The notes beneath the pieces were generated by a model. It was not told the DNA's origin. It saw only the letters and a list, made by a program, of their open reading frames with translations, and searched no databases. The position numbers and the translations under genes were made by a program. Positions 37,470 to 49,522 of a DNA stretch of 64,000 nt are shown in pieces (within the stretch, counting starts at the first letter, position 1; every line of letters begins with the position of its first letter). Source of the DNA: Ginglymostoma cirratum (taxonomy: Eukaryota); the NCBI GenBank assembly GCA_024137785.1, contig JAHRHZ010000109.1, forward strand, positions 1,159,659 through 1,223,658, in the 5' to 3' direction.

Positions 37470-38816
37470 TCATTTGCCAGTGTCGTAGTCCACTTCGCAT
37501 TCCTCTCTGTCAAATGCATCTCAAAGTAATCTCTGAAAGCCCTAGTTCCGTTGGCCTCTGCCATATCTCAAAGTGTGTGAATCAAAACCAGAAGACCTCA
37601 AGCAAGCTTTGGTATAAACATATTTGCATTTCTGAGCAGCGGAGACAGTAGCAGCCCATTCAGTCAACAACAGGAATGAAGGGATTTACAGACTCAGACG
37701 AACCTCTTGACTCGCGCTCTCGTAGAGTCACTAACATTAACGTGTGCTCTGAAGTGGAAGCCGTGTCGCAATTGAAACTGAGGAAATGACGAGACAGGCT
37801 ACCAATTGACATTGTGTCCATTATTTTCTCTTTATGTCTCAGAGGAGCAAGAAAATCGAAACAAGGAGTAATAGGAAAGAGAGCCACATGCAGCTCAAGT
37901 GAAACAACTTCTATCTTAATTAGTCAGCAGCAAGAGACGTGAAGGTGACTCAGGCGCGAGAGCTTTTCACTTCTTGAACAAAAAGCTCTCACATGATTTT
38001 AGCACCTCTTTAACATCTTAGATCGCCTTTTACGTTCTTTCGATATGTTTACAAAGTGCCTTTCGTGCAACTCTGAGCAAGTGCCGTGGGATTTAATAAA
38101 ATGTAGTGAGTCGCTTTTCTTCATTTCCCACCCAGGTTTCCAAATCAGCTGGCTGCCGTCTGACAGTTGCTCATGTCCAGGCCTGGAAAGTTCTACAGGA
38201 AAATGGACGGTTTAGGAGAAAGACAAGAAAAGTAGAAACGTGTACCTGCACCGAGGTTTGAACAGCCTCGCAATGTGATCTGTTGTTCTCGGATTCTAAT
38301 GCCAACCCGGATTTAGCTAATGGAGGGATTTCTGCGAGCCACTTTGTCTGCTAAACCGGCGCGGTAACTCGAAGTATGCTGCACTGCAACATCTAGTACA
38401 CGGCCTGCTCAGCTTGGTGCATTTTCCCGCAGTCCAGTGCCTTTCATGTTCCGTGTAAATGCGAAAGTCGTTCTGCTTCGAGCAATGAACGAAACCATTG
38501 ACCAAAGCGAAAATCTAAATTCCAGAAATCAGATGCAGTCATGTGTTCTTTGTCGAAGTATAACAGAGCATACTTTCTCACGAGCTCATTACATTTTTTG
38601 CTCAACCGAATCTCACAAGATACTTTCAGCTTTCCGTTGGTATTTGTTTTGATTGAAGGGCTATCGGCATCTTTTGCAAAATTAATATTGTAGCCGGGCA
38701 TGCTGACCAGCTAAGAAAATGGACGAGGAGAATCGCGTTCCTCCAAGCATTTCCCTGTGCCTTCTCTTTAGTTGTGTGCAGTAGCAATGTTGGAAAATGT
38801 CACAGTTCAGATGTCT

Positions 38817-38898
38817 GGTAGTGTGGCTGAGGGGTGCAAGGCGCTGGATTAAAGTTTCTGTCTCTGAAGAGGTGTGGCTTCGAATCCCACCAGAGTGA
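38817..38898 (+). pseudogene. tRNA-Leu pseudogene
   Basis: ggtagtgtggctgaggggtgcaaggcgctggatt..tctct..ggtgtggcttcgaatcccac. Confidence 0.8.
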
Positions 38899-38994
38899 AC
38901 TAGGATGGGCACTGTTGAGATTATCTTTGTTTCGCTCAATGTAATCTTTGATGTGGGAGAGCACAAACAATTCATCGGGTCAGCATCCACAGCG

Positions 38995-39065
38995 TGTTCC
39001 CGGGTGCAGTGGTTAACACATGCAGAATTCCCACAGCATGACAGCGGGAATAAGCAGGCTGCGCT
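38995..39065 (+). pseudogene. tRNA-Val remnant
   Basis: gttcccgggtgcagtggttaacaca; only the 5' half is recognisable. Paralogue at about 58650. Confidence 0.4.
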
Positions 39066-39759
39066 GCTGCTTCACATTCCAGGCAAGTTGCATTGCTTAC
39101 CCTTTCGCTGCAAGTGAATGCAGATCATTATTTTGCTGTGGCTGTGAAACAAAATCCGGCATTGAACCTACCCACAGTTATTTGCATTTTTTTATTAAAA
39201 GGAGGGTAATTGAGATGTGAAATTCCTTTGATTTCTTTCAAGAAGGGAGCTGATGAGCCACTTTCTTGATACGCTGAAATCGGTGTGGTGCAGGCACACC
39301 CACATTGTTGACCAGAAGGGAAACCTAATCTAATCGAGACTGTGATTGCTTGCATTCACTTTTCGTGGGATCTTCTTACTCTGTCCTTTTATTTCCTGAC
39401 TTGAGTACTTTCCAGTAAGTGGCGTTGAACTAAACCTCCAGCGCATTTGGAGGAGCATTTTGGAATTGCCCCGGTGCCAGGTGTGTGAGTAGTTCATAAC
39501 CCAGAGAACTGGAGGTGTTTCACAGAAAGCATTTGTGCTTCGGTATGTGTGGAAATGCATTCGCCTTGCCAATTTTGCTTCTTTTGCTCGTTAAGATCAG
39601 TCTGTTTGGGGATTCGCTCAAGACCTGAGTTGCAAACACGGTTTGTGAGGAATCTTCCTGAATCCAAAATCCTCACTGAGAACCTGGGAAGGTGTCACAG
39701 AGAATGGTCATTTTTGGCAAAAGTGATCGAACACTTCACCTGTGAGAGGCTCTCATTCC

Positions 39760-40060
39760 TTTTAGCCCAACCGATTCATACACGCATTCAGGTGCCTTTG
39801 AAATGTTATAATTTTTTACGAGCCTTCATCGTTTCCTCAGGCAGTTCACTCCATACACGCGCCACCTTCAGCGTGAAAAATGTCCCTCAGAATTTTTTTA
39901 AAATTTATTCCCCTCTCATTTTAAACATATGCCCTCTCGTTTTGCGCTTGGGACCATTCTGGGAAAATGACATTGACTATTCCCCCTGTCCATATCCCTC
40001 ATGATTTTACAAATAACTATAACGTCGTTCCTCAGCTTCTGATGCTCCAGGAAATCTTGA
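39760..40060 (-). mobile_element. CR1 3' fragment
   Basis: Minus ORF reads LEHQKLRNDVIVICKIMRDMDRGNSQCHFPRM; paralogous to 60500-60960. Confidence 0.65.
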
Positions 40061-41319
40061 CCTGGAATTGAAGGGCTATCGGCATCTTTTGCAAAATTAA
40101 TATTGTAGCCGGGCATGCCGAGCAGCTGAGAAAACGACCAATAGGCTACGAGACACACGTAGCGATCCAACCCTTGACCTTCGACTTACCAGACCAACGC
40201 ACTCCCACCTGGTTCTGTGGCGTTTACGAACTGACTAAACCAATACATTCTATTGGTTTCGTTACTATGAGTGAGATTGTTCGAAAACATCGGAAAAGTA
40301 AGACAAACTGACAAATTACGTGATGTTCAAATACATAAAGGGATGATGAATATATAACAATGAATGGTCGGGTTCAGACAAATTTGGATGTCATTCTAAA
40401 CGATTCAGGAAATGTAACCATGCGTAGACAAACGACAATGAAGGGTTGGGTCAACCTTTACAGAAATCAGATTGCAAAAGCTGAATGTAAAAGTCTTCCT
40501 GAAACTGGCTTGGTTTTAATGAGCACACAAATGCAGGTCAGTGCAGTAATGATTTCCTAGCCCAGAGAAGGGAATACTTGCCTTCAAGGTCGCGTCATGA
40601 ATGTTCACTGGATTCATCCAAGGGATGTGAGGACTGTACTCTGGGAGCATACAAAGAACAGCAGTCAATGCCCTATAGAGTTTAGAATATCGAGAGGTGA
40701 GGAAAATACTTTCATTCACAAAGTAAGCGTTTGGTAGCATTCAATACAGGGAAGCACGAAATGATGCTCAAACGGGGCATCAACACAGAAAGACAATACC
40801 CAATAAGCAGGAGAGTTTTTTTTTTCTTAAATGTAGATTTCAGATTCAGTTTGACCTTTGATGAAGGAATTTACTGTCCTTGCCCAGTCTGCACTGGAAG
40901 TGACTACAGCCCCACAGAGAGGTGGTTGAATATCACTTAGCTCGGAAATGGCTGAGAGTCTTTCGGGTTATGGGGATTTAGGGATGTTGACCTTACAAGC
41001 CATTCCCACATTCCATGAAAGTACCAAAGTTGATGAGTCAAGATGTTTTGGTCCCCACAGAGACGATGTCCATGATGTGGTTAGACAATAATTTGAGTTA
41101 GTTGAGTTTAGTATTGAAATAAATCACATTAATTAAGCGAAACGATCATTATACAACTGTAATATCTGTAGTTCAGTCTCAATTGGATCATTGTATGTAA
41201 TCTTTGTCATCAGTCTTCACCAACAATGCAGAGATTTGAAAGGACACAGACGATTACATCGGCACAGTGGACACGATGCAGGATTATATTCAAGTGATGT
41301 TGCAAAAGTTGGAAAAGTT

Positions 41320-41715
41320 GCACCCTTCCATTCCTTCATCCAAATCGGTTACAGAAATCACGAATAGAAGAGGATCCAGAACAGATCCTTGTTGTAAACC
41401 ACTCGTAACTGAGCACCATGTTGAACATTTTCTGCCCACTGCCACCAATTCTGAATCCATTCTGCCACATTTCTCCCTATACCATGCCTCCTTACCTTCT
41501 GCATGAGCCTACCGTGGGGAATTTTATCAAACGCCTTACTTAAATCCATGTATACCACATCCACTGCTCTACCTTCATCCAAGTATTTGGTCACCTCTTC
41601 AAAGAATTCAATAAGGTTTGTAAGGCATGATCTACCCCTCACAAATCCCTGCTGACTATCACGAATCAAACTGTGCCTTTCCAAGTGATCATAAATACTA
41701 TCTCTTAGAGCCCAT
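41320..41715 (-). mobile_element. CR1 reverse-transcriptase fragment
   Basis: Minus ORF 41358-41684 reads LIRDSQQGFVRGRSCLTNLIEFFEEVTKYLDEGRAVDVVYMDLSKAFDKIPHGRL. Confidence 0.95.
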
Positions 41716-42264
41716 GATGAACAGTCAGTATTTTACCTTACACACAATGGGAACCAAGCAATCTTTCCAAAGCCATGGGCACACCACATCCTGAAACATT
41801 GTTCTCGTGTAAAAGTGTAGGAAATTTGTGATCAGTCAAAAACAAGACTTTGATCAATCTACGCAGTCGCCAACAACCTCCATCCTTGCATCGACTCCAG
41901 GGCAGATCCAAACTTATTCTCGACGCTCTTTCAGGTACAACGAGAGAGGACGTATATAAGAGGGAAGAAACAACTGACGGGATTCCTCTATCCGGATATT
42001 GTTCGGTTAATTCAGCCACCAAAACAAAATATTTCTCTCATTTCGACAAGAAAAGCGTCATGAATATCATTAATAGAAATATAGAATCCTCAGAGTTGCT
42101 TGCTTGAGGCCAGATGCGAAAGTGCCTGTGATTGTGATGCACTACAAAACGCTTTGGGATATCCGGCATACTTCGATTTCACAATGAACCATGTTCACAA
42201 GCTCTCGAAGACTTTTGTGAAAAGAAGCCAAACATCAAATAGAGAACATTGCTGCAGATAATAA

Positions 42265-42349
42265 GCGTTCATCCGGGCTTAGAACGCGGAACCTTACGCA
42301 GCCGCCTCAACGACCCAAAGGGAGAACCGTGCCTCGAGACCAACAAGGT
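42265..42349 (-). pseudogene. tRNA-Pro(TGG) pseudogene with 13-nt intron-like insert (42301-42313)
   Basis: Reverse complement ACCTTGTTGGTCTCGAGGCACGGTT CTCCC TT TGG G [TCGTTGAGGCGGC] T GCGTA AGGTTCCGCGTTCTAAGCCCGGATGAACGC; 85 nt. Confidence 0.78.
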
Positions 42350-44270
42350 AATTGCAGCCACTTACCGCTTTCACTTGTAATCTAGATGACGGTCGTACAG
42401 TGTTATTTTCCCAAACTTGTATATCGGAGGCTGGGTTCAAGTTCCATCTGCTCAAGAGCTTTGTAATAACATGTTTGACCAGGCTGATTATATTTTCAAA
42501 AAATCCCAGTTCGGGCAGTGAAAACAATAACGAACAGTTTCTTCCCATTCTGTCTCCCTGCTCCCGGCTGCTGCTGTTTGCTCCTTTCACCGAGGACCGG
42601 GCTCTTTTCAATAGCAGGTGAATTAAACTATTTCCCTTCACGGGCAGGCTGTGCTTGAGGATGGTCTTCGTTTTGCAGCTCCTTCTTAAACACTGGAAGG
42701 GCGAATAAGCGGAAGAGGCAGAATCAGATGTCAGGAAATTATTAACGACCATTGGGAACTTTCGTCAAATGACATTTATCAGAGACAGAGAGAATGATGC
42801 AGAGCTGCTAGAAAAGATAGAAGTCTAAACTGGGGACGATTCCATTTTGAAGCTTAATATGGGATCTTTCTGTGCAGTCTGTTTGATTTCAGGATTCGAT
42901 TTCACACAGCAATCTTGCAGACAAAACTTTTACAATGCAGACATCGGTTTCTTTGCTGCAAACCGGCAGGAGTTAATTTGTGACACCAATAGTCCGAGGT
43001 TAAGAGAATCCGAGTGAAACATTTATTCAGTGAGTGTCATCCCCGACGGCCCTGAGTTGCGGGGCTGCAGACAGTTCAACGCAGAAGGGAAGGTTAAAAT
43101 GAGCCGTTGTTTCTCCCTCACCCGCCCCCTCACAAAGGCAGGAAGAGTGATGTCATAAGCTCTTGGCTTCATTCCCGCGCAGAAAGAAGCCGTTCAGCCC
43201 CTGGAGTCCACGGCGACTCTCTGACTCTTGTATCTCTCTGAGGTTATTCACTTTCGGTGATGGCTGTCCTAGTAATGGTGAACTGTGACTGTGCCGTGAC
43301 GTTTTCTCCGACATGATGATCTTCTTGTTATTCACGACTTTTCATTTCACCGGGAGGACGCTGCTGTCTGAAACAACTAGGACAACTACTGCAGGGCGTC
43401 CTGTGCATGGAACACACCGAAACTGATGTGTTTCAAATTCAACAATTTACTCCTGCCATGTCAGAGAACAGCTTTAATCAGGTCATCGCAGACTGACAGA
43501 GAATAAGAGAAGACCATTCAGACCTTCACAAGTGTGTCACGTCACCAGCGTAAACTTGGCCCGGATATCAATATGAGATATTTATTTCAGACGCATGGTG
43601 TTTCGGGAAGCAAACCAAAATGCGTCAAAATGATGACGTCAGATTTCGATGAGATCGAGGTCACTCTGAGATGCCTGAGAGTCTTTGCAGTCTCCACAGG
43701 AGGAAGAAGGAAGCAAGATTTAAACCACCTCTGCCCATAGTCAACTGACATCATCACTGGTGGTGAAAAGTCCGATATAAATGCAAATCTCTGTATCTTC
43801 AATGTTCTAAAATCCCATCCCCCGTTTACTGATCCTGATCTGTGGAAACAGTTTCTCACTGTCTGCTTCATTCAAACACGAACGCCATGAAATCTTTATT
43901 TAATCTTCTTTGCACTAACCAGAAGAATCCCGGCCTTTGGCGTCTCTCCACAAATCTAAATTCCCTCTTCCCTCGGCATGGTGAGGCTAGAGAATTTGCC
44001 GCGATTTTGGGAACAAAATTCATATGGTAGGTAGAAACATGGAGGGGTATTCAAAACTTTTCGTCATCCAACTGGAAGAAAATTGTATAATTATGTGTCA
44101 ATTGAGAGAACCCGCTGCCCGGAGAAGGGGCAAACAGAAACGTCCTGGGATCAGGGAGACAGACTGAGGAGGAAACTTTCTCCTGTTTCGAATTCCTGGG
44201 ACAATGTGGGATGTATGTCACACGAAGCGAGTCTTAGCTGGTTGAGGAATGGCCCCTGTAGTCGACAGGT

Positions 44271-44360
44271 GGCTCGTTGGTCCAGGGGTATGAATCTCCC
44301 TTTGGGTCTTCCAGCATTTATAAATTCCAGAAGTCCCGGTTTTACATCGGAAACAACCAC
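44271..44360 (+). pseudogene. tRNA-Pro(TGG) pseudogene with 18-nt intron-like insert (44307-44324)
   Basis: GGCTCGTTGGTCCAGGGGTATGAAT CTCCC TT TGG G [TCTTCCAGCATTTATAAA] T TCCAG AAGTCCCGGTTTTACAT; 3' half decayed. Confidence 0.8.
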
Positions 44361-44689
44361 ACGTGTTTTGCCAAAGTACCCAATTAATTATCTCAAAAAG
44401 CAGCTTCGTGAAATGAAGTTCAACTGCTTGACTTTGGGATAGGGTAGAGGCACCGTTGCACCGAACACGGCCAAGGGATACATTTGTTTAAAGGAAAAAC
44501 AAGAGTTTTAGAATGTTTACACAGGCAATCCGACTCGGAATGAATTCTTAGGCTGAAGTATTGCTCAATTGTGAGTGTGAAACTTCAGAAAGTAAAAACG
44601 TGAATTGATTGGAGATAGCAGTGAACAGGTTCATGTGAATGGCAGACAAATAGGTGACTGGAAGATCAAAACAGGCCAGGCTGCATCAA

Positions 44690-45110
44690 AGGAATTGTTT
44701 CTGGAGGCATTGAAGGTGTTGTAAGTATGGAGCATCGAAGATAGGTCCAAATTTTGAAGTTTTAAAATGTAGTTGTATGTCAGAATGAAGGTGGGTTGGA
44801 AAGTTGAGACAGTTCTCCTTGGGGAACAGAAGGCTGTAAAGTGATCCGAATGAAGTTTTCCAAGTCACGAAGAGCATGGGCAGAGGAAATAAAGGCGTAA
44901 AAGTGCTACCACGCCACACCTGAAAGGATTGAGAACGATTAGGCAGAGATTTGAAGGCATGAGGAAAACGAAGTAAAAGTGACATGAGGAAGAGCGTTCT
45001 CACAAAAGGAGTGGTAAGGGTCGGTAAATCACGATCGGACAGCGACAGACGCAGATTCAATCAATACAAAATGGAATTCGACGGTTATGTTAAAAGTATC
45101 TGTGAAGATG
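44690..45110 (+). mobile_element. CR1 3' fragment, decayed
   Basis: ggcattgaaggtgttg..ttctccttggggaacagaaggctg..gacatgaggaagagcgttctcacaaaaggagtggt are ORF2 C-terminal remnants. Confidence 0.6.
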
Positions 45111-45418
45111 TTACATGGAGAAGGCAAAAGATTGATACTAAAAGAGATAATCATTTGCTTATTGTGGAGACGCGGCATAACTAAAGTAGGGCGCATGGCC
45201 TCCGTCTGAGCTGGGAAAAGTTTTGTGATTCTGCGTGAAACCATAGATCGACCAACAGAATGTGGGAAATTAGACAAAGGCTATATTTATACAGCTGTGA
45301 CACGTCTGTGCAACAAAATAACAGTGAAGAACTTTTAACATCTTACTCGAATGGAAATGCTGCACTCCAGATGAAAAGCCGAATACTTGTCTGCGAAGAA
45401 TGCAGTTGATGTAGCAAC

Positions 45419-45490
45419 GTCGCAGTGGTGCAGTGGGAGCGGGCTGGGTCTTTAACCCAGACGTCGGTAGATCAAAACCGTCCTCTGTTA
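45419..45490 (+). pseudogene. Initiator tRNA-Met pseudogene (anticodon reads TTT)
   Basis: agtggtgcagtgggagcgggctgggtcTTTaacccagacgtcggtagatcaaaaccgtcctctgtta; the CTGGG/CCCAG anticodon stem of iMet is intact. Confidence 0.82.
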
Positions 45491-46636
45491 ATTTCTATGG
45501 TTGAGCCTCCAGTCGGTGCTTTGCTTCGTGTATCTGAAGTAGATATCTCATGTTGATGCACTGGCCGAGTTCACACAGCTGAGCTGATGCACCTGTGAAG
45601 GCCTAATGGTCTGCTCCAAACTGAACGTAAAGCTCCCTGTCTGAGAGGGGAAGAAACTGGTGAAGCCAAAACACCTTGCTTGCTGGTTTTTTTCATGCCT
45701 GGCAGTAATTCCCCACGCTGTTTCAGACGTGAATGACAAAAGGATCAGGACGTCAGAGACAGCATCATGACACAGATACAGTGCGCCATTCTTAGTGACA
45801 GATATCACCGATTGTCAGTAACGACAGAGAAATACAAGAGGCAGAGAGTCGCTATGGACTTGATCGGCTGAACGGCTTCTTTCTGCGCGGGAATGACGCC
45901 ATGGGTTTATGACGTCACTCTCCCTGTCTCTGCTACGGAGCGGGTGAGGGAGAAACAAAGGCTCATTCATAACCCTCCCTTTTGCGGTTGTACTGTCTGC
46001 AGCCCCGCAACTCAGGGACGTTGGCGATGACACTCAGTGCGTGAGTGTTTCACTCAGATTCACTTAACGCGGACTGTTGGTATCAGACATTAACTCCTGC
46101 CGTGGAGGTCACAAACGAACGGACGCCCTGTGTGCAGACGAATTCTGAACATCAAACAGGCTGCACAGAAAGATCGCATTTTAAGTTGCTGAAGAGACTA
46201 ATCTCTAGTTTCGACTTCTATCTTTCCCAGCAGCTCTCCATCTTTCTGTCTGCCTCCGATAAATGTCACTTGATGAAAGTTCCAAATCGCCTTTAAAATT
46301 TGCTGCACAAGTCTGATTCCACCCCTTCTTCTCCTTCCTTCTTCGAGTGCTTGAGAGACAGCGACAAAGCGTATACGACGCCCCCAGCACTGCCTGCCGG
46401 TGGCCAAACGGTTTAATGCATCTGTTAAGGGAGAGAGATCTGTCCTCGGGGAAGGGAGACAGAACGAGAAGATGTTCATTGAAGCGACGGGGAACAGAAC
46501 TTTTTTTAAGCAAAATGTTCAGATATGCTATTACAGAGCAGATAGAACTTGAATTCTGTCTCCTACCTCCGAGGAAGAGACACTATCACTGCCTGAGTGG
46601 CACCTTATTTATTGTTAAGTGGGCCATCAGAAAACT

Positions 46637-46721
46637 GCGTCTTTCGTCTTGTGGTCTAATTCTCACATCACGTGGTTGTTAGAAATGCGAGAAGTTGCTG
46701 CCTTGAATCCTGCATGAGTCG
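46637..46721 (+). pseudogene. tRNA-Pro-scaffold sequence with CAC anticodon and 13-nt insert (paralogue of 25084)
   Basis: ..GTCTTGTGGTCTAATT CTCAC AT CAC G [TGGTTGTTAGAAA] T GCGAG AAGTT GCTGC CTTGAAT CCTGC ATGAGTC. Confidence 0.65.
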
Positions 46722-47146
46722 TTGTTGCCTCTGACATTTTTTTTTAAATGTTCGGGAGAGCATGGGTCTGGTTCTTTATGAAATCGATTTCAGTCTATGT
46801 TGCCAAAGGGTGTTTGCTGCGAATATATCACATGCATCCACTTCACCTGACGAAGGTTTAGGGTTAGTAATCGTATGAAATTACGTTTCGTTGGATTGAT
46901 TCGTAAACTCGGGCAGCAACTGAATAAAACGATGGCAAGTCTCAGAGGAGAAAGAAGTGACAGTGAATCAAGCATCTGAGGGCAAGCTTGCTTCTTTTGC
47001 AAGTGAAATTTACTGCTTCCCAAAGTGCGATCCATTGAAGTGAAGTCGTGATAGAGATTACTTTTGCTGGTGTTTCCCTCGTGAATCACATTTCCACCTT
47101 GGTCCCTGTTAACATCACAACTGGACAAATGCTCCAGATGTCCTGT

Positions 47147-47219
47147 TGGTCAGTAGCGTAATGGATAACGCATCTGACTGAGAGTCAGAAAATTGTAGGT
47201 TCCAATCCTGCCTGGCTCA
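47147..47219 (+). pseudogene. tRNA-Arg(ACG)-type pseudogene
   Basis: ggtcagtagcgtaatggataacgcatctgact..gtcagaaaattgtaggttccaatcctgcctggctc; paralogue of 25623. Confidence 0.8.
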
Positions 47220-47717
47220 AGCATAGTTGACAGCTTTTTGACACTTGCAGGTGGACACATTCTTCCAAAGCAGGAATGTATGGCAGGTGCTTTTGTTGCC
47301 AAATTCCGATGGTCTGAAGTGATTGGAAATGAAAAGTTGCTCATGCGCAGCGTTTGGGACCCTTTCATCTCACAGTCCGTTACATTTCCGAGCTCAACAT
47401 GAGGATGAGTTCCATAAGTGGGCTGTAACACAGTTTTACTGTCACGAAACCTCAGTCCCGTTCGCAGATTACAGAGTTAATCTCATTGATACTTGCCCTT
47501 AATACGTCAGAATGCACAACACGGTGGGCCAAATGCTGAAACTGAGAGTAGAATAGATAGATATCTGATGACACGCACCGACACAATGGGCCGGATGGTC
47601 TTTGTCGACGCTATAAAAACTCGAAGACAGGGAGATAATGACCTATCGCCAAACGTAGCAAAAATGGAAAGGCAAAAACAATGTCGTTGAGAAATGATAC
47701 AAGCACCTTCGACGCGT

Positions 47718-47789
47718 TCTCTGGTTGTCCAGTGGTTCGGATTTTGCGCTTTTGGAACCACGACCGTGGTTTGATCTATCGAGTGGGAG
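47718..47789 (+). pseudogene. tRNA-Glu-type pseudogene
   Basis: tctctggttgtccagtggttcggattttgcgctttt..; flanks are paralogous to 54812. Confidence 0.65.
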
Positions 47790-49119
47790 TTCTTCACTCC
47801 TAGCTTTTAGTGATGACAGCTTTGCTGTCTCATTGTACTTTTATTCATTAACTGTCTTCGCTGGCTAGGCAGCATTTATTCCATCAACCACATTGCTGTG
47901 GGTCTGGAGTCACATGTAGGCCAGACCAGGTAAGGGTGGCAGTTTCCATCCTGAAAGGATATTAATGTACCGGATGAGTTCTTCTGACATTCGATTGCAT
48001 GGGTTGCATCGCCTTCTCTATGAGGAAGAGAAAAGGGGCTGTGAGGTAACTTGCTGTGTCCCAAACGATATTCAAGCTGACATGAAACAATGAACTGCGG
48101 ATGCTGGAAATCTGAAATAAAAACAGGAATTGAAAGAGAAACCCAGCAGGCCTGGCAGCATCTGTGGAGAGGTACAGTGTTAACGTTTCAGATCCACTGA
48201 CCTTTCGTCAGAACCAGGTCAGTTATGCCCTTCTATATTATAATGCAAGGGAAATTGTCACTGCTATCTCTCGAATCAGTATATTTATCAAAATATCGCA
48301 TTAGTTTCCAGTCGTCAACTTTGCAACTTTAACAGACTTTTATCGGATGTAATGCTGCTTCCGTCGCCCTCAGGTGGTGAGAGGCTCTGCTTAAATGGTT
48401 TTATTTGTCTTTTCCTTTCAGTTAGTTAGCAGCGATGTCGAATGGAGAATTGGTCCTTTTAACGTCTACCTCAATATGCGTCTCTATTTGTCTCTCTTTG
48501 TCTCTGGGTATTCACCTCACACCTTTTATATTCTTCGAGTCTTTGTCCGTCTATATCCTTCATTTCCCATTTCTGATCTTTGAAGAGTCTGAAAATCGGA
48601 GAGTGTTTGAGAGTGGAGCTGCTGAGAAGCTTCCTCAACACAACCACCACTCCCAACCCGATTGTAAAGACTGGAACTGGGCGCACATTCTTCAAACAGT
48701 GTTTCTGTCACTTAGGACTGAGACATGGAGACATTTATTCCCTCAAAACATGATAATGGTTTCGACTTCTAAATAAAATTCCTAATCCACGAGAAAAGAA
48801 ACAAAATGCCACAATTATATGATGGCAGTGATGTTTTTATTGTTTTTGTAAAATGAATGAATGGTGACAGCAGAGAATGAGGGTGATCAGTTCGTGGTGT
48901 TTGTGTCATTACCACAATATTCCGCAGTAAAGCTGCGGTTTATACTGTCTCACCTTGTTATTCCTACCAAACCTCAGGATGAATTAATTGTTAGCAGGAA
49001 ACCATTCCCTGAAGGGGACAAAATAGGCGAAAGGAGTGCCAGCACCGAATGATAACTGTCTGCACTCAAACATAGTAACCATGCTCAGTTCTATCCACAG
49101 ACATGGCAAGTAATGTCTG

Positions 49120-49432
49120 AGTGATATTTTTCCTGGACTGTTTACTCAGAAAGCCAGGTAACGTTCTGGAGACCGAGGTTCAAATACCGCCCCCAGAAGA
49201 TGATGGGATTTGAATTCAATAAATATCTGGAATTAAGAATGTAACGATGAGCGTGAATTCATTGTCAGGGGACCAAAACCCCTCTGTTTCCCTAATGTCC
49301 TTTAAACATCATTGATCCTTACCTGATCGCGCCTACATCTGACTCCGGACCTACAACAAATATGGTGGGTCATTAGGGGTGGACAATAGATGTTGGCCTA
49401 GCCAGTGACACCTTCATTCCGTAAATTAATAA
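49120..49432 (+). mobile_element. tRNA-derived SINE
   Basis: ggactg..ccaggtaacgttctggagacc.aggttcaaat..gatttgaattcaataaatatctggaattaag...ggcctagccagtgaca; same family as 14353. Confidence 0.75.
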
Positions 49433-49522
49433 AGGAGGGGGGAAGGTGAGAACCTTTGCTGTTTAGATCAACAATATGGCATTTCAGAGAAGTTGAAACG
49501 AGTAATCTTCAATGTAAAGCTC

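Larger units (their letters stand above)
32630..39100. repeat. Tandem ~2.6-kb cassette (Leu-Val-Val tRNA pseudogenes plus CR1 fragment), about 2.5 copies
   Basis: Anchor agtcagcagcaagagacgtgaagg at about 32726, 35314 and 37922; cagtcaacaacaggaatgaa at about 31926, 35053 and 37661. Confidence 0.92.
42265..46721. repeat. Second inverted pair of the Pro/iMet cassette: ~42265-43450 versus ~45700-46721
   Basis: Same anchors as 20170-25170: ccgagtgaaac (43010) vs gtgtttcactcag (46045); aagaagccgttcagc (43183) vs gctgaacggcttct (45867). Confidence 0.85.

Noticed and set aside
33080-38652. Similar short ORFs recurring in several places (e.g. VNAKVVLLR...SENLNSRN)
   Set aside because: The similarity comes from the DNA duplication. 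Frames and stops are not conserved between copies.
40140-40222. Possible tRNA (Phe/Thr-like) remnant on the minus strand
   Set aside because: Only A-box- and B-box-like words (caggtgggagtgcg, gggttggatc) are present. Stems are not recoverable and no isotype can be assigned.
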